A stretch of 62,723 nt of DNA, the filler included. It is 4 parts of 4 records of this genome, joined end to end, with 100 filler letters (N's around TTAATTAATTAA, not from the genome) between each part and the next. Parts side by side here need not be neighbours in the genome. Positions count along the whole stretch, not along the records: positions 1 to 23,855 come from SRR22947727_3838; 3 more parts are not named here. One strand, given 5' to 3'. A program made the translations under genes and the position numbers. The notes beneath the pieces are model-generated. The model was given only the letters and a program-made list of their open reading frames with translations. It searched no databases and was not told where the DNA came from. Positions 1 through 10,358 of this stretch are shown here, one piece after another; the first letter of the stretch is position 1, and each line of letters opens with the position of its first letter.

Positions 1-51
1 GTGACCTTCGGGTTATGAGCCCGACGAGCTGCCAGACTGCTCCACCCCGCG
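1..51 (-). tRNA. initiator tRNA-fMet (CAT), 3' end cut off by the window edge
   Basis: Reverse complement reads CGCGGGGTGGAGCAGTCTGGCAGCTCGTCGGGCTCATAACCCGAAGGTCAC: C at position 1, GGG/CCC anticodon stem and CAT anticodon, all typical of tRNA-fMet. Confidence 0.95.
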
Positions 52-103
52 ATCGATAAATCAACGAGTCTTCTGTTGAACTCTGCGTATATAACGCAAG
101 AGA

Positions 104-139
104 GCGCGAATTATAGCAGTGTATTTAAATCATTGTCAA
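104..139 (-). promoter_or_regulatory. sigma70 promoter of tRNA-fMet
   Basis: Minus strand TTGACA (139-134), 18 nt, TATAAT (115-110) with extended -10 TGC, followed by a GC-rich discriminator TCGCGC typical of stable-RNA promoters. Confidence 0.85.
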
Positions 140-164
140 ACAATAATTGCCTGTAAATCTATAT

Positions 165-2045
165 TTATTTTACTAATAATTCATTAATTCTTTTCACGAA
201 CCCAACTGGGTCCTCTAATTGCCCACCTTCAGATATTAAAGCTTGGTCAAATACCACTGATGAATACTCATCGAAGGCTTTTTGATCCTTTTCAGCACTG
301 AGTTTTTTAATTAAGGCATGTTCAGGATTAATCTCTAATACAGGCTTAATATCTGGTGTATTTTGTCCCGCAGCTTTCAAAATTCGTTCTAGATTACCTG
401 ATATATCATTTTCTCCTACAACCAAGCATGCCGGTGAGTCAGTTAAACGATGTGTCACTTTAACTTCTTTAATCTTATCGCCTAAAGATTTCGTAATTTT
501 TTCAACTAAAGTTTTAGATTTTTCCTCTATATCTTTTTTAGCTTCTTTCTCTGATTCATCCTCAAGTTTTCCTAAATCAAGGTCACCTTTTGCAATTGAT
601 TGGAATTTTTTACCGCTAAACTCAGGTAAGTTTGACATCAACCACTCATCAACACGGTCACCTAGAAGCAAAACTTCAATTTTTTTCTTATTGAAAATTT
701 CAAGATGTGGGCTGTTTTTAGCTGCTAAAAACGAATCTGCAGTAATATAGTAAATAACTTCTTGTTCGGGCTTCATTCTACCTATGTAATCAGATAAGCT
801 TACGCTTTGGGCATCTGACTCATCGAAAGTACTTGCAAACCTCAGTAGACCAGCAATTTTTTCTTTATTAGCAAAGTCTTCCGCTGGCCCCTCTTTAAGT
901 ACAAGTCCAAACTCAGTCCAAAACTTTTTAAAGTCATCTGGTTTTTTCTTAGCCATCTCCTCAAGGGCAGAAAGTATTTTTTTAACTGTTCCTGACCTTA
1001 TGCTTTCAAGAGCCTTACTATCTTGTAAAATTTCTCTTGATACATTGAGTGGTAAGTCACTACTATCAATAACCCCCTTCATAAACCTCAAATACTGAGG
1101 TATAAGTTTTTCATTCGCTTCCATGATGAAGATGCGTTTTGCATATAACTTTACCCCTTGCGTTTTATCTCTGTCATATAGATCAAATGGTGCTTTACTC
1201 GGAATGAATAAAAGAGAAACATACTCTTGATTACCCTCAACACGATTATGAAAAACAGATAATGGGGGCTCTTGGTCATAAGTTAAATTTTTATAAAACT
1301 CTTCGTATTCTTTTTGTTTGATATCCTTTTTATTGCGTGCCCAAATTGCTGAAGCATCATTTACAACTTCGTCCTCTTCGGTTCGAATTGATTTTCCATC
1401 TTTGAATTCGAATTTTTTCATTACAATCGGGAGCGTTATATGATCTGAATATTTTTTAATGATCTCCTTAAGTCTGTATTCATCTAAAAACTCTTCAGCA
1501 TCCTTTTTAAGGTTTAAAATAACTGATGTTCCTCTTGATTTTTTTTCGATTGTTTCAAGAGTAAATTCTCCATCACCTTTTGAAACCCAACGTGATCCAG
1601 TTTTTGAGTCAGCTTTTCTAGACTCTAAGGTCACTTCATCAGAAATAATAAAAGCAGAATAAAAACCAACCCCAAACTGACCGATTAAATTAGCATCTTT
1701 TGCTTGATCGCCAGAAAGCTTCTTTAAAAACTCCTTTGTCCCTGATTTTGCAATGGTCCCGATATTTTTTACAATATCATCTCGACTCATCCCAATACCA
1801 TTATCTGAAATAGTGATTGTTTTCTTATCCTGATCGAAATCTATCCAAATTTTTAGCTCAGAATCTTTTTCATAAAGATCATTTTTCTTTAGTGCTTCAA
1901 ATCTGAGCTTATCAGCTGCATCACTTGCATTAGATATTAATTCACGAACAGCAATTTCCTTATTACTATAAAGAGAGTGAATCATTAATTGTAAAAGTTG
2001 CTTTACTTCGGCTTGAAAGCTTAAGGTTTCTTTCTGTTTTGTCAT
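165..2045 (-). CDS. htpG: Hsp90 chaperone HtpG
   Basis: Motifs FQAEVKQLL, RELISNASDA, DNGIGM, IGQFGVGFYS, LPLNVSRE; 626 aa. Confidence 0.98.
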   Translation of the reverse strand: MTKQKETLSFQAEVKQLLQLMIHSLYSNKEIAVRELISNASDAADKLRFEALKKNDLYEKDSELKIWIDFDQDKKTITISDNGIGMSRDDIVKNIGTIAKSGTKEFLKKLSGDQAKDANLIGQFGVGFYSAFIISDEVTLESRKADSKTGSRWVSKGDGEFTLETIEKKSRGTSVILNLKKDAEEFLDEYRLKEIIKKYSDHITLPIVMKKFEFKDGKSIRTEEDEVVNDASAIWARNKKDIKQKEYEEFYKNLTYDQEPPLSVFHNRVEGNQEYVSLLFIPSKAPFDLYDRDKTQGVKLYAKRIFIMEANEKLIPQYLRFMKGVIDSSDLPLNVSREILQDSKALESIRSGTVKKILSALEEMAKKKPDDFKKFWTEFGLVLKEGPAEDFANKEKIAGLLRFASTFDESDAQSVSLSDYIGRMKPEQEVIYYITADSFLAAKNSPHLEIFNKKKIEVLLLGDRVDEWLMSNLPEFSGKKFQSIAKGDLDLGKLEDESEKEAKKDIEEKSKTLVEKITKSLGDKIKEVKVTHRLTDSPACLVVGENDISGNLERILKAAGQNTPDIKPVLEINPEHALIKKLSAEKDQKAFDEYSSVVFDQALISEGGQLEDPVGFVKRINELLVK

Positions 2046-2093
2046 TTTCTTAAAATCCCTGATTGAATAAAATTAATTAAATATTAATTTTAT

Positions 2094-2121
2094 TAATGGG
2101 GGCAGTTTTTTTTATTTCAAC
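2094..2121 (-). promoter_or_regulatory. sigma32 (RpoH) heat-shock promoter of htpG
   Basis: Minus strand TTGAAA (2120-2115), 13 nt, CCCCAT (2101-2096), matching the RpoH consensus upstream of a classic heat-shock gene. Confidence 0.85.
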
Positions 2122-2133
2122 TGTTTAAAGGCT

Positions 2134-2880
2134 TTATATTCTAGAAAATATGTAAGCAACCACATAAAATGCCATAGCAGCTGTTATATTTAAGCTCGAA
2201 CCATACCCGTCGCAATTCAAGCCTCCACCTGCTGTATCTGCTTCACATTCGTCTGATTTAATAATAGGCTCATCAGAAAAAACCGTCGGTATTTCATAAT
2301 TATTTTTTAATAGCTTATTTTTTTTATTAAAATGCTTTCGAATATTCCCTATCAAAGGATCTCCAAAGGTTTTAGACAGGTTTGAAACCTTTATCCTTGA
2401 TGGGTCAGTTCGGCCACCTGCGCCACCTACCATCACAAGCGGTAAATTCTTAGATTGACAGTATTCAGCTAAACTTATTTTTACGCTTGATTGATCGATT
2501 GCATCAACAATATAGTTAAATTTACTTGATACATAATTTTCGATATTAGATTCCTCTAAAAAATCGTCAATGCATTCGACTTGGCATTGAGGATTGATAT
2601 CCATAATTCGATCTTTCATAACCTTTATTTTTGACTCTCCATTAGTGCTATCAAGAGCATGAATTTGACGATTAATATTTGACTCTACAATGTGATCCAT
2701 ATCAATAAGTGTAATTTTACCGACGCCATGCCTCGCTAAAGACTCAGCTACCCATGAACCAACACCACCAATCCCAATCACACACATATGAGAATTTTGA
2801 ATCCATTGAAATTTTTTTTTGCCATAGAGGCGAATGATGCCACCAAATCTTCTACCAACGTCAACTTCTTTTTTTGTCAT
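2134..2880 (-). CDS. tcdA: ThiF-family tRNA threonylcarbamoyladenosine dehydratase
   Basis: RFGG..RLYG, GIGGVGSW, SNINRQ, DAID, GGAGG and C-terminal LNCDGYGS motifs. Confidence 0.9.
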   Translation of the reverse strand: MTKKEVDVGRRFGGIIRLYGKKKFQWIQNSHMCVIGIGGVGSWVAESLARHGVGKITLIDMDHIVESNINRQIHALDSTNGESKIKVMKDRIMDINPQCQVECIDDFLEESNIENYVSSKFNYIVDAIDQSSVKISLAEYCQSKNLPLVMVGGAGGRTDPSRIKVSNLSKTFGDPLIGNIRKHFNKKNKLLKNNYEIPTVFSDEPIIKSDECEADTAGGGLNCDGYGSSLNITAAMAFYVVAYIFSRI

Positions 2881-3257
2881 TCCTTTTCCAACACGACAAA
2901 TGCTACGGCAATATTTTTCTCATCTGATATAGATAGATGACAAGATTTTATTTTTTTTTCTTGCAACATAAGTGACATATTGTTTTCTAGTTTAATATCC
3001 GGTCTTCCTAACTCATTATTTGTAACGATGATTGACTTAATGTTGACCCCACCTCTAAAACCCGTACCCATCGCTTTTGCAAAAGCTTCCTTGGCAGCAA
3101 ATCTCTTTGCTAAAAAATTTTCTTTTAAATTATTCTTCTTAAAAATTACGAACTCCTCTTGACTCAATATTTTTTTAGCAAAGGCATCTCCAAACTTCTT
3201 TAAGGCTTTAGCTATACGTGCGACCTCCACAACATCTGTGCCGATTCCATAAATCAT
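2877..3257 (-). CDS. acpS: holo-ACP synthase
   Basis: GIGTDVVE, RFAAKEAFAKA, LSISDE; follows pdxJ. Confidence 0.97.
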   Translation of the reverse strand: MIYGIGTDVVEVARIAKALKKFGDAFAKKILSQEEFVIFKKNNLKENFLAKRFAAKEAFAKAMGTGFRGGVNIKSIIVTNNELGRPDIKLENNMSLMLQEKKIKSCHLSISDEKNIAVAFVVLEKE

Positions 3258-3976
3258 GATTTTGCGAACTCATTGATAATTTCTTTCATTTCAATCACCG
3301 CATTCTCCCAACCCACAAACAACGCTTTAGCCACAATCGCATGCCCAATATTTAATTCATGGATGCCATTAATTTTTACAATGTTTTGAACATTCTCATA
3401 ATGAAGCCCATGACCTGCGTTAACCAAAATACCTGCTTTTCTCGCATATTGCGTAGCGTGTTGAATTTTAATTAATTCTTTATCTTTCTCTTCGCCTTTA
3501 AAATCAGCATAATTTCCTGTATGCAATTCAATGATCGGTACTTTCATTTCAATCGCCTTATCAATTTGATCAATCTCAGGGGCAATAAAAAGAGAAACAC
3601 GAACACCTGCATTACTTAACTCATCACTAATATTTTTAATATTACTAAAGTTTTTTATCAAATCTAGTCCACCCTCAGTTGTTTTTTCTTCTCTTCTTTC
3701 AGGCACCAAACAAACATCCTCAGGCAGAACATCTAAAGCAATTTTTAACATTTCATTGACAGGGGCTAATTCTAAATTCATTTTAGTTTTTAAAAGCGGT
3801 TTGAGTTCATATAAATCTTTATCTTGCATGTGTCGTCGATCTTCTCTTAAATGAAGGGTAATGCTATCAGCACCTGCTTTTTCAGCCAAAAGCGCTGCAT
3901 CCAACACTGATGGGTAGTTTGTTCCCCTTGCTTGCCTGATTGTTGCTATATGATCGATGTTAACGCCAAGGTCCAT
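3254..3976 (-). CDS. pdxJ: pyridoxine 5'-phosphate synthase
   Basis: LGVNIDHIATIRQAR, HLREDRRH, TTEGGLD, ELHTG, NAGHGL. Confidence 0.98.
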   Translation of the reverse strand: MDLGVNIDHIATIRQARGTNYPSVLDAALLAEKAGADSITLHLREDRRHMQDKDLYELKPLLKTKMNLELAPVNEMLKIALDVLPEDVCLVPERREEKTTEGGLDLIKNFSNIKNISDELSNAGVRVSLFIAPEIDQIDKAIEMKVPIIELHTGNYADFKGEEKDKELIKIQHATQYARKAGILVNAGHGLHYENVQNIVKINGIHELNIGHAIVAKALFVGWENAVIEMKEIINEFAKS

Positions 3977-3985
3977 CTTATTGTC

Positions 3986-4696
3986 CTAAATATTTAAAAA
4001 TAATTGTTTGGAGTTTAATGGTTTATCGCCCAAATAATAATTTATTAAAAAGCGCATTAAATTCTTACTCTGCAATTCTGTCGTTGCTGATTTAAAATCA
4101 TCATTTACCATATCAATTAAGGTTTGCCCAACCACCTTAATACTCTTTTCAGAACTAAATTTTTCTCGGGCACCATATTCAGCCTCATAATAATACGTCT
4201 TATCTGCTTTTATTTCATTAGCATTTGCATCTTGATTTAAAACCACCTCATAACCCAAATCTAATAAAAGCTTTAATTCAAATCTTCTTAAAGTGACCCC
4301 TATATTTTCTCTTTTAGATAAGTTTTCCATAGTTGTATGATAAGAATCAAACAGTGCCTCATAACTATCTTCTTTAGGAAGCAACCGAAGTAATAATTCA
4401 TTTAAATAAAAACCACATATCAAAGAGTTGCCTTCCATTGGAAGATATTTTTCACACCAGTCAATCGCATGTAGTGTTTTTAATTCTCCAATACCTGACC
4501 ATGAAGCTTCTAAAGCTTGAAAGGATTGCAACATGCCTCGTAATGCTGATTTTGGGCGCCTAGCTCCCTTTGCAACTAGCGATACCCTGCCAAATTCTTT
4601 TGAAAAAATTTCAACAATAAGACTTGTCTCTTTAAATGGATAAGTATGAAGAACATAAACTAATTGATTTTCTTTAAGGGAAGTTGATTTTGCCAT
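3986..4696 (-). CDS. recO: DNA repair protein RecO
   Basis: VLH.YPFKETSL, AKGARR, GFYLNELL, LRRFE; era-recO-pdxJ synteny. Confidence 0.95.
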   Translation of the reverse strand: MAKSTSLKENQLVYVLHTYPFKETSLIVEIFSKEFGRVSLVAKGARRPKSALRGMLQSFQALEASWSGIGELKTLHAIDWCEKYLPMEGNSLICGFYLNELLLRLLPKEDSYEALFDSYHTTMENLSKRENIGVTLRRFELKLLLDLGYEVVLNQDANANEIKADKTYYYEAEYGAREKFSSEKSIKVVGQTLIDMVNDDFKSATTELQSKNLMRFLINYYLGDKPLNSKQLFLNI

Positions 4697-4702
4697 CTCT
4701 CA

Positions 4703-5596
4703 TCAAAGCCCAAGTGATTTTAAAGCCCTTGCATCATCAGCCCAACCCGTTTTCACCTTCACCCATGTCTCCAACCAAACCTTCCCTCCAAAAAGTTTCT
4801 CCATATCTAAGCGTGCACTTTTTGAAATCTCTTTTAACCTCTCACCTTTGTTTCCAATAATCATGGGTTTTAAAGACTCATGGTCAACAATAATAACCGC
4901 AAAAATTCTTCTTAGCTCGCCCTCTTGTTCAAATTTCTCTATTTCAACAGCTACTGAGTAGGGAACTTCTTGACCTGTTAATCGAAACAATTTTTCCCTG
5001 ACTATTTCGCCCGCAAGAAAACGTTCGCCCTTATCTGTTAATTCATCTTGATCGTAAATAAATGGTTGTTCAGGCAAATATTTTTTTGCGCTCTCTAATA
5101 ACTCTAATAAATTATTTTTTTTCTTAACGCTTGTCGGAACAATCTCCTCAAATTTATCTAAATTATCAGCCTCACGCATTAAGGTCAGGATTTTAGCTTT
5201 ATTTTTAATTAAATCTGTTTTATTAATAATTAGTAAAATAGGCGTTTTACTCGGAATCATTTGTAAAATTTTATGGTCTGTCGCATCCAGCGCTTTTGGT
5301 TCAGATAAAAATAAAATTAAATCTACGTCTTTTAAAGCCTGATTAACTGACTTATTTAGACTCTTATTCATTTGATTGAGATGCTTCAATTGATATCCTG
5401 GGGTATCAACAAAAATATATTGCGTGTCTTTACTTGAAAATATTCCGAGTAATTGATAACGCGTTGTTTGGGCTTTTCTAGATGTGATGCTTAACTTTGA
5501 GCCCACAAAATAATTAAGAAGCGTTGATTTGCCAACATTTGGCTGCCCAACAATTGCAATAGTGCCACAACGTGTATTTATTTTAGACGATTCCAT
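4703..5596 (-). CDS. era: GTPase Era (start moved to ATG 5596)
   Basis: GQPNVGKST, AQTTR, DTPG, NKTD and KH domain; the upstream ORF extension lies inside rnc. Confidence 0.97.
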   Translation of the reverse strand: MESSKINTRCGTIAIVGQPNVGKSTLLNYFVGSKLSITSRKAQTTRYQLLGIFSSKDTQYIFVDTPGYQLKHLNQMNKSLNKSVNQALKDVDLILFLSEPKALDATDHKILQMIPSKTPILLIINKTDLIKNKAKILTLMREADNLDKFEEIVPTSVKKKNNLLELLESAKKYLPEQPFIYDQDELTDKGERFLAGEIVREKLFRLTGQEVPYSVAVEIEKFEQEGELRRIFAVIIVDHESLKPMIIGNKGERLKEISKSARLDMEKLFGGKVWLETWVKVKTGWADDARALKSLGL

Positions 5597-6278
5597 AAAG
5601 GCTCTTTTCAATCGTAGCCATTGCTTCCTTTGCTGCTTCTTGCTCAGCAATTTTTCTACTTCTTCCTCCGCCTTCTGCTTTTATATCAAATTTAGACACT
5701 GAACACGAAACAGAAAATAATTGGTCATGTGCTTCACCTTCAACATGAATCACCTCATAAACAGGTAAAGGTACTTTTTGGGCTTGGAGAAACTCCTGCA
5801 ATATGGTCTTAGGATCCTTATGAATTTCTTTAGGATTAATTTTATCAATAAGATCAGCAAATGAATCATCAACAAATTTATATGCAGACTTCATCCCACC
5901 ATCAATAAAAATTGCGCCAATTAAAGCCTCAATAGCATCTGCCAAAATGGAAGGCCTTCTCCATCCAGAGCTTTTTAACTCACCAACGCCTAAGTTTAAA
6001 AAATCACCTATATTTAACCCGTTTCCTAATTTTGAAAGTGGTTCCTCTTTTACTAATTGTGATCTTAGTCGGCTTAAATCTCCTTCATCTAAATCACTAA
6101 ATTTTTTAAATAAAAGGTCTGCCACAATGAAATTTAAAATACTGTCACCTAAGAACTCTAATCGCTCATTATTTTTACCTGAATGACTTCTATGCGTCAT
6201 CGCAAGTTCTAAAAGAGCAATATCCTTAAATTTATATTTAATTGATTTTTCGAGCATTTTTAGATCTTTGGTTTCCAT
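5583..6278 (-). CDS. rnc: ribonuclease III
   Basis: NERLEFLGD signature, ADAIEALIGAI, C-terminal dsRBD (DPKT.LQE). Confidence 0.98.
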   Translation of the reverse strand: METKDLKMLEKSIKYKFKDIALLELAMTHRSHSGKNNERLEFLGDSILNFIVADLLFKKFSDLDEGDLSRLRSQLVKEEPLSKLGNGLNIGDFLNLGVGELKSSGWRRPSILADAIEALIGAIFIDGGMKSAYKFVDDSFADLIDKINPKEIHKDPKTILQEFLQAQKVPLPVYEVIHVEGEAHDQLFSVSCSVSKFDIKAEGGGRSRKIAEQEAAKEAMATIEKSLYGIV

Positions 6279-7022
6279 CTACTTAATAGTATCCCCAATT
6301 CTTGATGGCTCTGATAAGTTTAACCAAATAATAAAGGCTTTTCCTACCAACAAATCTTCAGAAACAAACCCCCAAACTCGACTATCAGATGAATTATCTC
6401 GATTATCTCCCATGACAAAATAATTTCCTTCAGGGACAACAAAGCGCCCAGATTCTCCCTCAACATTGTGAATGAGAATCGAATGTTTTACTTCACCTAA
6501 AGTTTCAGTAAATTCTTGAGCTGGTACCCTATAATTTTCATTCATCATATATTCATAATCTTTTTCAAAAACATGAGGGACCAATTTATCATTAATAAAT
6601 AACTTTTTATTTTCATATTTAATTGTGTCTCCTGGAAGCCCAACCACTCTTTTTATATAATCAATTGAGGTATCCATTGGATAATGAAATACAACTACAT
6701 CGCCTCTTTCAGGCATACCATTAGGAATTAAGACATTATTGATAACAGGGAATCGCACACCATAACTAAACTTATTTACAGCAATAAAATCACCCGCAAT
6801 TAAGGTCGGCATCATTGACCCTGAAGGAATTTTAAAAGGTTCCACAATGAATGATCGAATTACAAAAACAAATAAAAGGACGGGAAAAAAACTCTTAGAG
6901 TACTCAATAATGATGGATTCTTTTTTTCCATGCGCTCTTTTTTTTGCAAAGTACATTACATCCAAAAGATAAATAAGGCCGGTAAGTCCTGTTACAGACA
7001 TTAATATAAGTGCAAAAATCAT
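6279..7022 (-). CDS. lepB: signal peptidase I
   Basis: IPSGSMMPTL (Ser), YIKRVVG (Lys), GDNRDNS.DSR. Confidence 0.97.
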   Translation of the reverse strand: MIFALILMSVTGLTGLIYLLDVMYFAKKRAHGKKESIIIEYSKSFFPVLLFVFVIRSFIVEPFKIPSGSMMPTLIAGDFIAVNKFSYGVRFPVINNVLIPNGMPERGDVVVFHYPMDTSIDYIKRVVGLPGDTIKYENKKLFINDKLVPHVFEKDYEYMMNENYRVPAQEFTETLGEVKHSILIHNVEGESGRFVVPEGNYFVMGDNRDNSSDSRVWGFVSEDLLVGKAFIIWLNLSEPSRIGDTIK

Positions 7023-8813
7023 TTAGTCATCTACCTGTAAAATTGCTAAAAAAGCCTCCTGTGGTATCTCAACATTACCCACCTGCTTCATTCTTTTCTT
7101 ACCTGCTTTTTGTTTTTCTAAAAGTTTTCTTTTTCTAGAAACATCACCACCATAACATTTTGCGATTACATTTTTTCTTAATGCCTTAATGGTTTCTCTC
7201 GCAATTATATTTGCTCCGATAGCAGATTGTATTGCGACATCAAACATTTGCCTTGGAATTAAGCTTCTCATTTTACTTGCCAGCTCTCTCCCTTTTGAAA
7301 TGCTATTTGACCGATGCACAATCAGTGATAAAGCATCAACTCTATCGCCATTCACCATAATATCTAATTTTATCAGGTCAGCTGCTCTAAACTCGACAAA
7401 CTCATAATCCATCGAAGCATATCCACGGGAGACTGATTTTAATCTATCAAAAAAATCTAAAACTACTTCATTAAGAGGGATTTCATATGTAATCATGACC
7501 TGACGCCCCATATACTGCATGTTTTTTTGCATACCTCTTTTCTCATTAACTAAGGTCATGACTGGGCCAACATAATCGTGCGGTAATAAAATATTTAATT
7601 TAATTATAGGTTCTCTAATTTCATCAATAGTTGATAAATCAGGAAGTCTTGATGGATTCTCAATTGAGACAATTTCATCATTTTTTAATAAAAGCTCATA
7701 TACCACAGTGGGCGCTGTTGTAATTAACTCCATTTCATATTCGCGCTCTAATCTCTCTTGGATAATATCCATATGTAACAAACCAAGAAAGCCACATCTA
7801 AAACCAAACCCGAGAGCTGTTGAATTTTCAGGTTCAAAATTTAAAGAGGCATCATTTAATTTTAATTTTTCTAAAGCGGTTCTCAGTGCGTCAAATTGAT
7901 TTGATTCTATCGGATATAAGCCAGCAAAAACTTGAGGTTGAATTTCTTTAAAACCAGGTAACGCATCCTCAGCTTTATTCTTTGCTAGAGTAATGGTATC
8001 GCCAACCTTGGTGCTTTCTAAATCTTTAATGCCAGCGATTACAAACCCAACCTCTCCTGCACTAAGTGAGTCACGAACAATAGACTTCGGAGTAAAAATA
8101 CCAACACTTTCACAAGCATATTCATCTTTTGTGGCCATCAAATGAATTTTATCTTTGGCTTTAATTTCTCCATCTACGACCCGAACTAGCATCACTACCC
8201 CAACATAATTATCAAACCATGCATCAATAATGAGTGCCTTGAGTGGCTTATTTGCATCCCCTATAGGTGCTGGGACTTTATGGACAATTGTCTCAAGCAC
8301 ATCCTCAATCCCTTGTCCTGTTTTAGCAGAACATAAAATAGCATCATCCGCCTCGATACCAATGACATCCTCAATTTCTTTTTTTACCCTATCAGGATCC
8401 GCAGAGGCTAAATCAATCTTATTTAATACAGGAAAAACTTCCACATCTTGGTCTAGTGCAGTGTAACAATTAGCTACCGTCTGAGCTTCTACCCCTTGGG
8501 ATGCATCTACAACTAACACACCGCCTTCGCATGCTGATAAAGAGCGGCTGACCTCGTAGGTAAAATCTACATGGCCTGGTGTGTCAATTAAATTAAAAAC
8601 ATATTGCTGATTATCCTTAGCTTTATATGAAAGAGTGACTGTTTGGGCTTTAATAGTAATTCCCCTTTCTCTTTCTAAATCCATAGAATCAAGGACTTGG
8701 GCCTCCATTTCTCTATCAGCGAGACCCCCGCAATGCTGAATAATCCTATCTGCTAATGTAGATTTGCCGTGATCAATGTGAGCAATAATTGAAAAGTTTC
8801 TGATATTTTCCAT
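7023..8813 (-). CDS. lepA: elongation factor 4 (LepA)
   Basis: [37 protein letters not shown]. Confidence 0.99.
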   Translation of the reverse strand: MENIRNFSIIAHIDHGKSTLADRIIQHCGGLADREMEAQVLDSMDLERERGITIKAQTVTLSYKAKDNQQYVFNLIDTPGHVDFTYEVSRSLSACEGGVLVVDASQGVEAQTVANCYTALDQDVEVFPVLNKIDLASADPDRVKKEIEDVIGIEADDAILCSAKTGQGIEDVLETIVHKVPAPIGDANKPLKALIIDAWFDNYVGVVMLVRVVDGEIKAKDKIHLMATKDEYACESVGIFTPKSIVRDSLSAGEVGFVIAGIKDLESTKVGDTITLAKNKAEDALPGFKEIQPQVFAGLYPIESNQFDALRTALEKLKLNDASLNFEPENSTALGFGFRCGFLGLLHMDIIQERLEREYEMELITTAPTVVYELLLKNDEIVSIENPSRLPDLSTIDEIREPIIKLNILLPHDYVGPVMTLVNEKRGMQKNMQYMGRQVMITYEIPLNEVVLDFFDRLKSVSRGYASMDYEFVEFRAADLIKLDIMVNGDRVDALSLIVHRSNSISKGRELASKMRSLIPRQMFDVAIQSAIGANIIARETIKALRKNVIAKCYGGDVSRKRKLLEKQKAGKKRMKQVGNVEIPQEAFLAILQVDD

Positions 8814-8831
8814 AATTTATTTACTAAATCT

Positions 8832-8865
8832 AAAAAATTAAAGGCGCTAAAGGCGCCTTTAATTT
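8832..8865 (-). terminator. hairpin with U-tract between degP and lepA
   Basis: Perfect 13-bp inverted repeat AAATTAAAGGCGC (8835-8847) / GCGCCTTTAATTT (8853-8865) with a 5-nt loop, ending in a T-run on the minus strand. Confidence 0.65.
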
Positions 8866-8905
8866 CCTAATTTTACCTGATTGTAAAAAGATATATTTAA
8901 ATAAT

Positions 8906-10303
8906 TTAATTTAAAACTTTTACCGGGACAAAGAGTGTATCTCCATTTCGATAAATGAGCAGTGCTATCGTTTTACCTTTAGGTGTTTTATTAATATCCC
9001 TATTAAATGCCCTCACTGATGTTACTGGCGTATTATTAAGTGCTAAAATGATATCTCCATTTCTTATCTGAGATGAAACTGCAGGCCCTGTCGCCTTTGC
9101 AACGACTAAACCATTTCTTCCATCAAGCAGTTTTTTATCTTTAGCACTTGCCTCTTTTAAAACCAAACCTATCCTATTAGCGCTTTCTTGGTTAGGCTTT
9201 TTAATTGAGGCTTGCATTCTATCACTCGGCATTTCACCTATCTTTACTCTTAATGTTTTTAACTTTCCATTACGCCAAATCTCAACTGGTACAACATTAT
9301 TTGGCTTTGTAATACCTACATATTTTGGAAGGTCAGATGATTTCTCAATAACTTTATTATTAAACCTTAAAATAACATCACCTGCTTCTATCCCTGCGTT
9401 ACCCGCAGGAGTATCCTTATTAACTGCTGCTACGAGTGCCCCACTTTTATCTTTTAACCCTAAAGCTTCTGTTAATTCGTCTGTGACTTCTTGAATAGCT
9501 ATACCAAGCCAGCCACGAACAACACGACCTTTATTTTTTAATTGATCCGCAACATCCATCGCCACATCTATCGGAATAGCAAAGGATAAACCCATATAAC
9601 CACCAGTGCGACTATAAATTTGGGAGTTGATACCGATCACCTCTCCGTCTGTATTAAATAATGGGCCGCCTGAATTACCTGGATTAATAGCTACATCAGT
9701 TTGTATAAAAGGTACAAAGTTTTCTTGGGGGAGAGCACGTCCTTTTGCGCTAATAACTCCTACTGTCATCGTATTCTCTAAACCAAAAGGAGAGCCAATT
9801 GCCGCAACCCATTCACCGACTTTGATATCTTTTGGGTTTCCAAGTTTGACTACCTGAAGGTCTTTAGCATCTATCTTCAAAAGAGCTACATCTGTCCTTT
9901 TATCAATCCCTAACAATTTAGCCTGAAATTCTCTTTTGTCTGCTAATTTCACAATAATAGAATCTGCCTCGCCCACAACATGCGCATTGGTAATAATATA
10001 ACCATCAGACTCTAAAATAAATCCTGAGCCTGTCGCACTCATTTGCTTTTGTTGCTGATCATTAGGTCCCATACCGGGAGGCATGGGTATGCCAAAACGA
10101 TTGAAAAATTCTTGCATGTGCTCTTCTTGAGGCGATAACTGCTGATTTCCCCTATTTACCGCATTCTTAATTGAGCTAATATTTACGACCGTATTACCTT
10201 GCTGTTCAGCAAGCACAGTAAAATCTGGTAAAGACACAGCATGTGAAAAATTAATAAAGAATAAAAAGGTTGCAATTAATTTACTGAGAAAATTTATTTT
10301 CAA
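8906..10303 (-). CDS. degP: DegP/MucD-family periplasmic serine protease with two PDZ domains (TTG start)
   Basis: Signal peptide, TNAHV (His), TDVALL (Asp), NPGNSGG (Ser); downstream of rpoE-rseA-rseB. Confidence 0.92.
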   Translation of the reverse strand: MKINFLSKLIATFLFFINFSHAVSLPDFTVLAEQQGNTVVNISSIKNAVNRGNQQLSPQEEHMQEFFNRFGIPMPPGMGPNDQQQKQMSATGSGFILESDGYIITNAHVVGEADSIIVKLADKREFQAKLLGIDKRTDVALLKIDAKDLQVVKLGNPKDIKVGEWVAAIGSPFGLENTMTVGVISAKGRALPQENFVPFIQTDVAINPGNSGGPLFNTDGEVIGINSQIYSRTGGYMGLSFAIPIDVAMDVADQLKNKGRVVRGWLGIAIQEVTDELTEALGLKDKSGALVAAVNKDTPAGNAGIEAGDVILRFNNKVIEKSSDLPKYVGITKPNNVVPVEIWRNGKLKTLRVKIGEMPSDRMQASIKKPNQESANRIGLVLKEASAKDKKLLDGRNGLVVAKATGPAVSSQIRNGDIILALNNTPVTSVRAFNRDINKTPKGKTIALLIYRNGDTLFVPVKVLN

Positions 10304-10358
10304 AATAGAATCCTTTTAAAAGTTATTTATAGCTAGCAATGAGCAATTAGTAAACACC

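Noticed and set aside
5597..5650. N-terminal extensions of Era, HscB, TyrC, ArgH, XRE, M14 and the receptor in the ORF track
   Set aside because: They come from upstream alternative start codons inside neighbouring genes or promoters. Downstream starts fit family lengths better.
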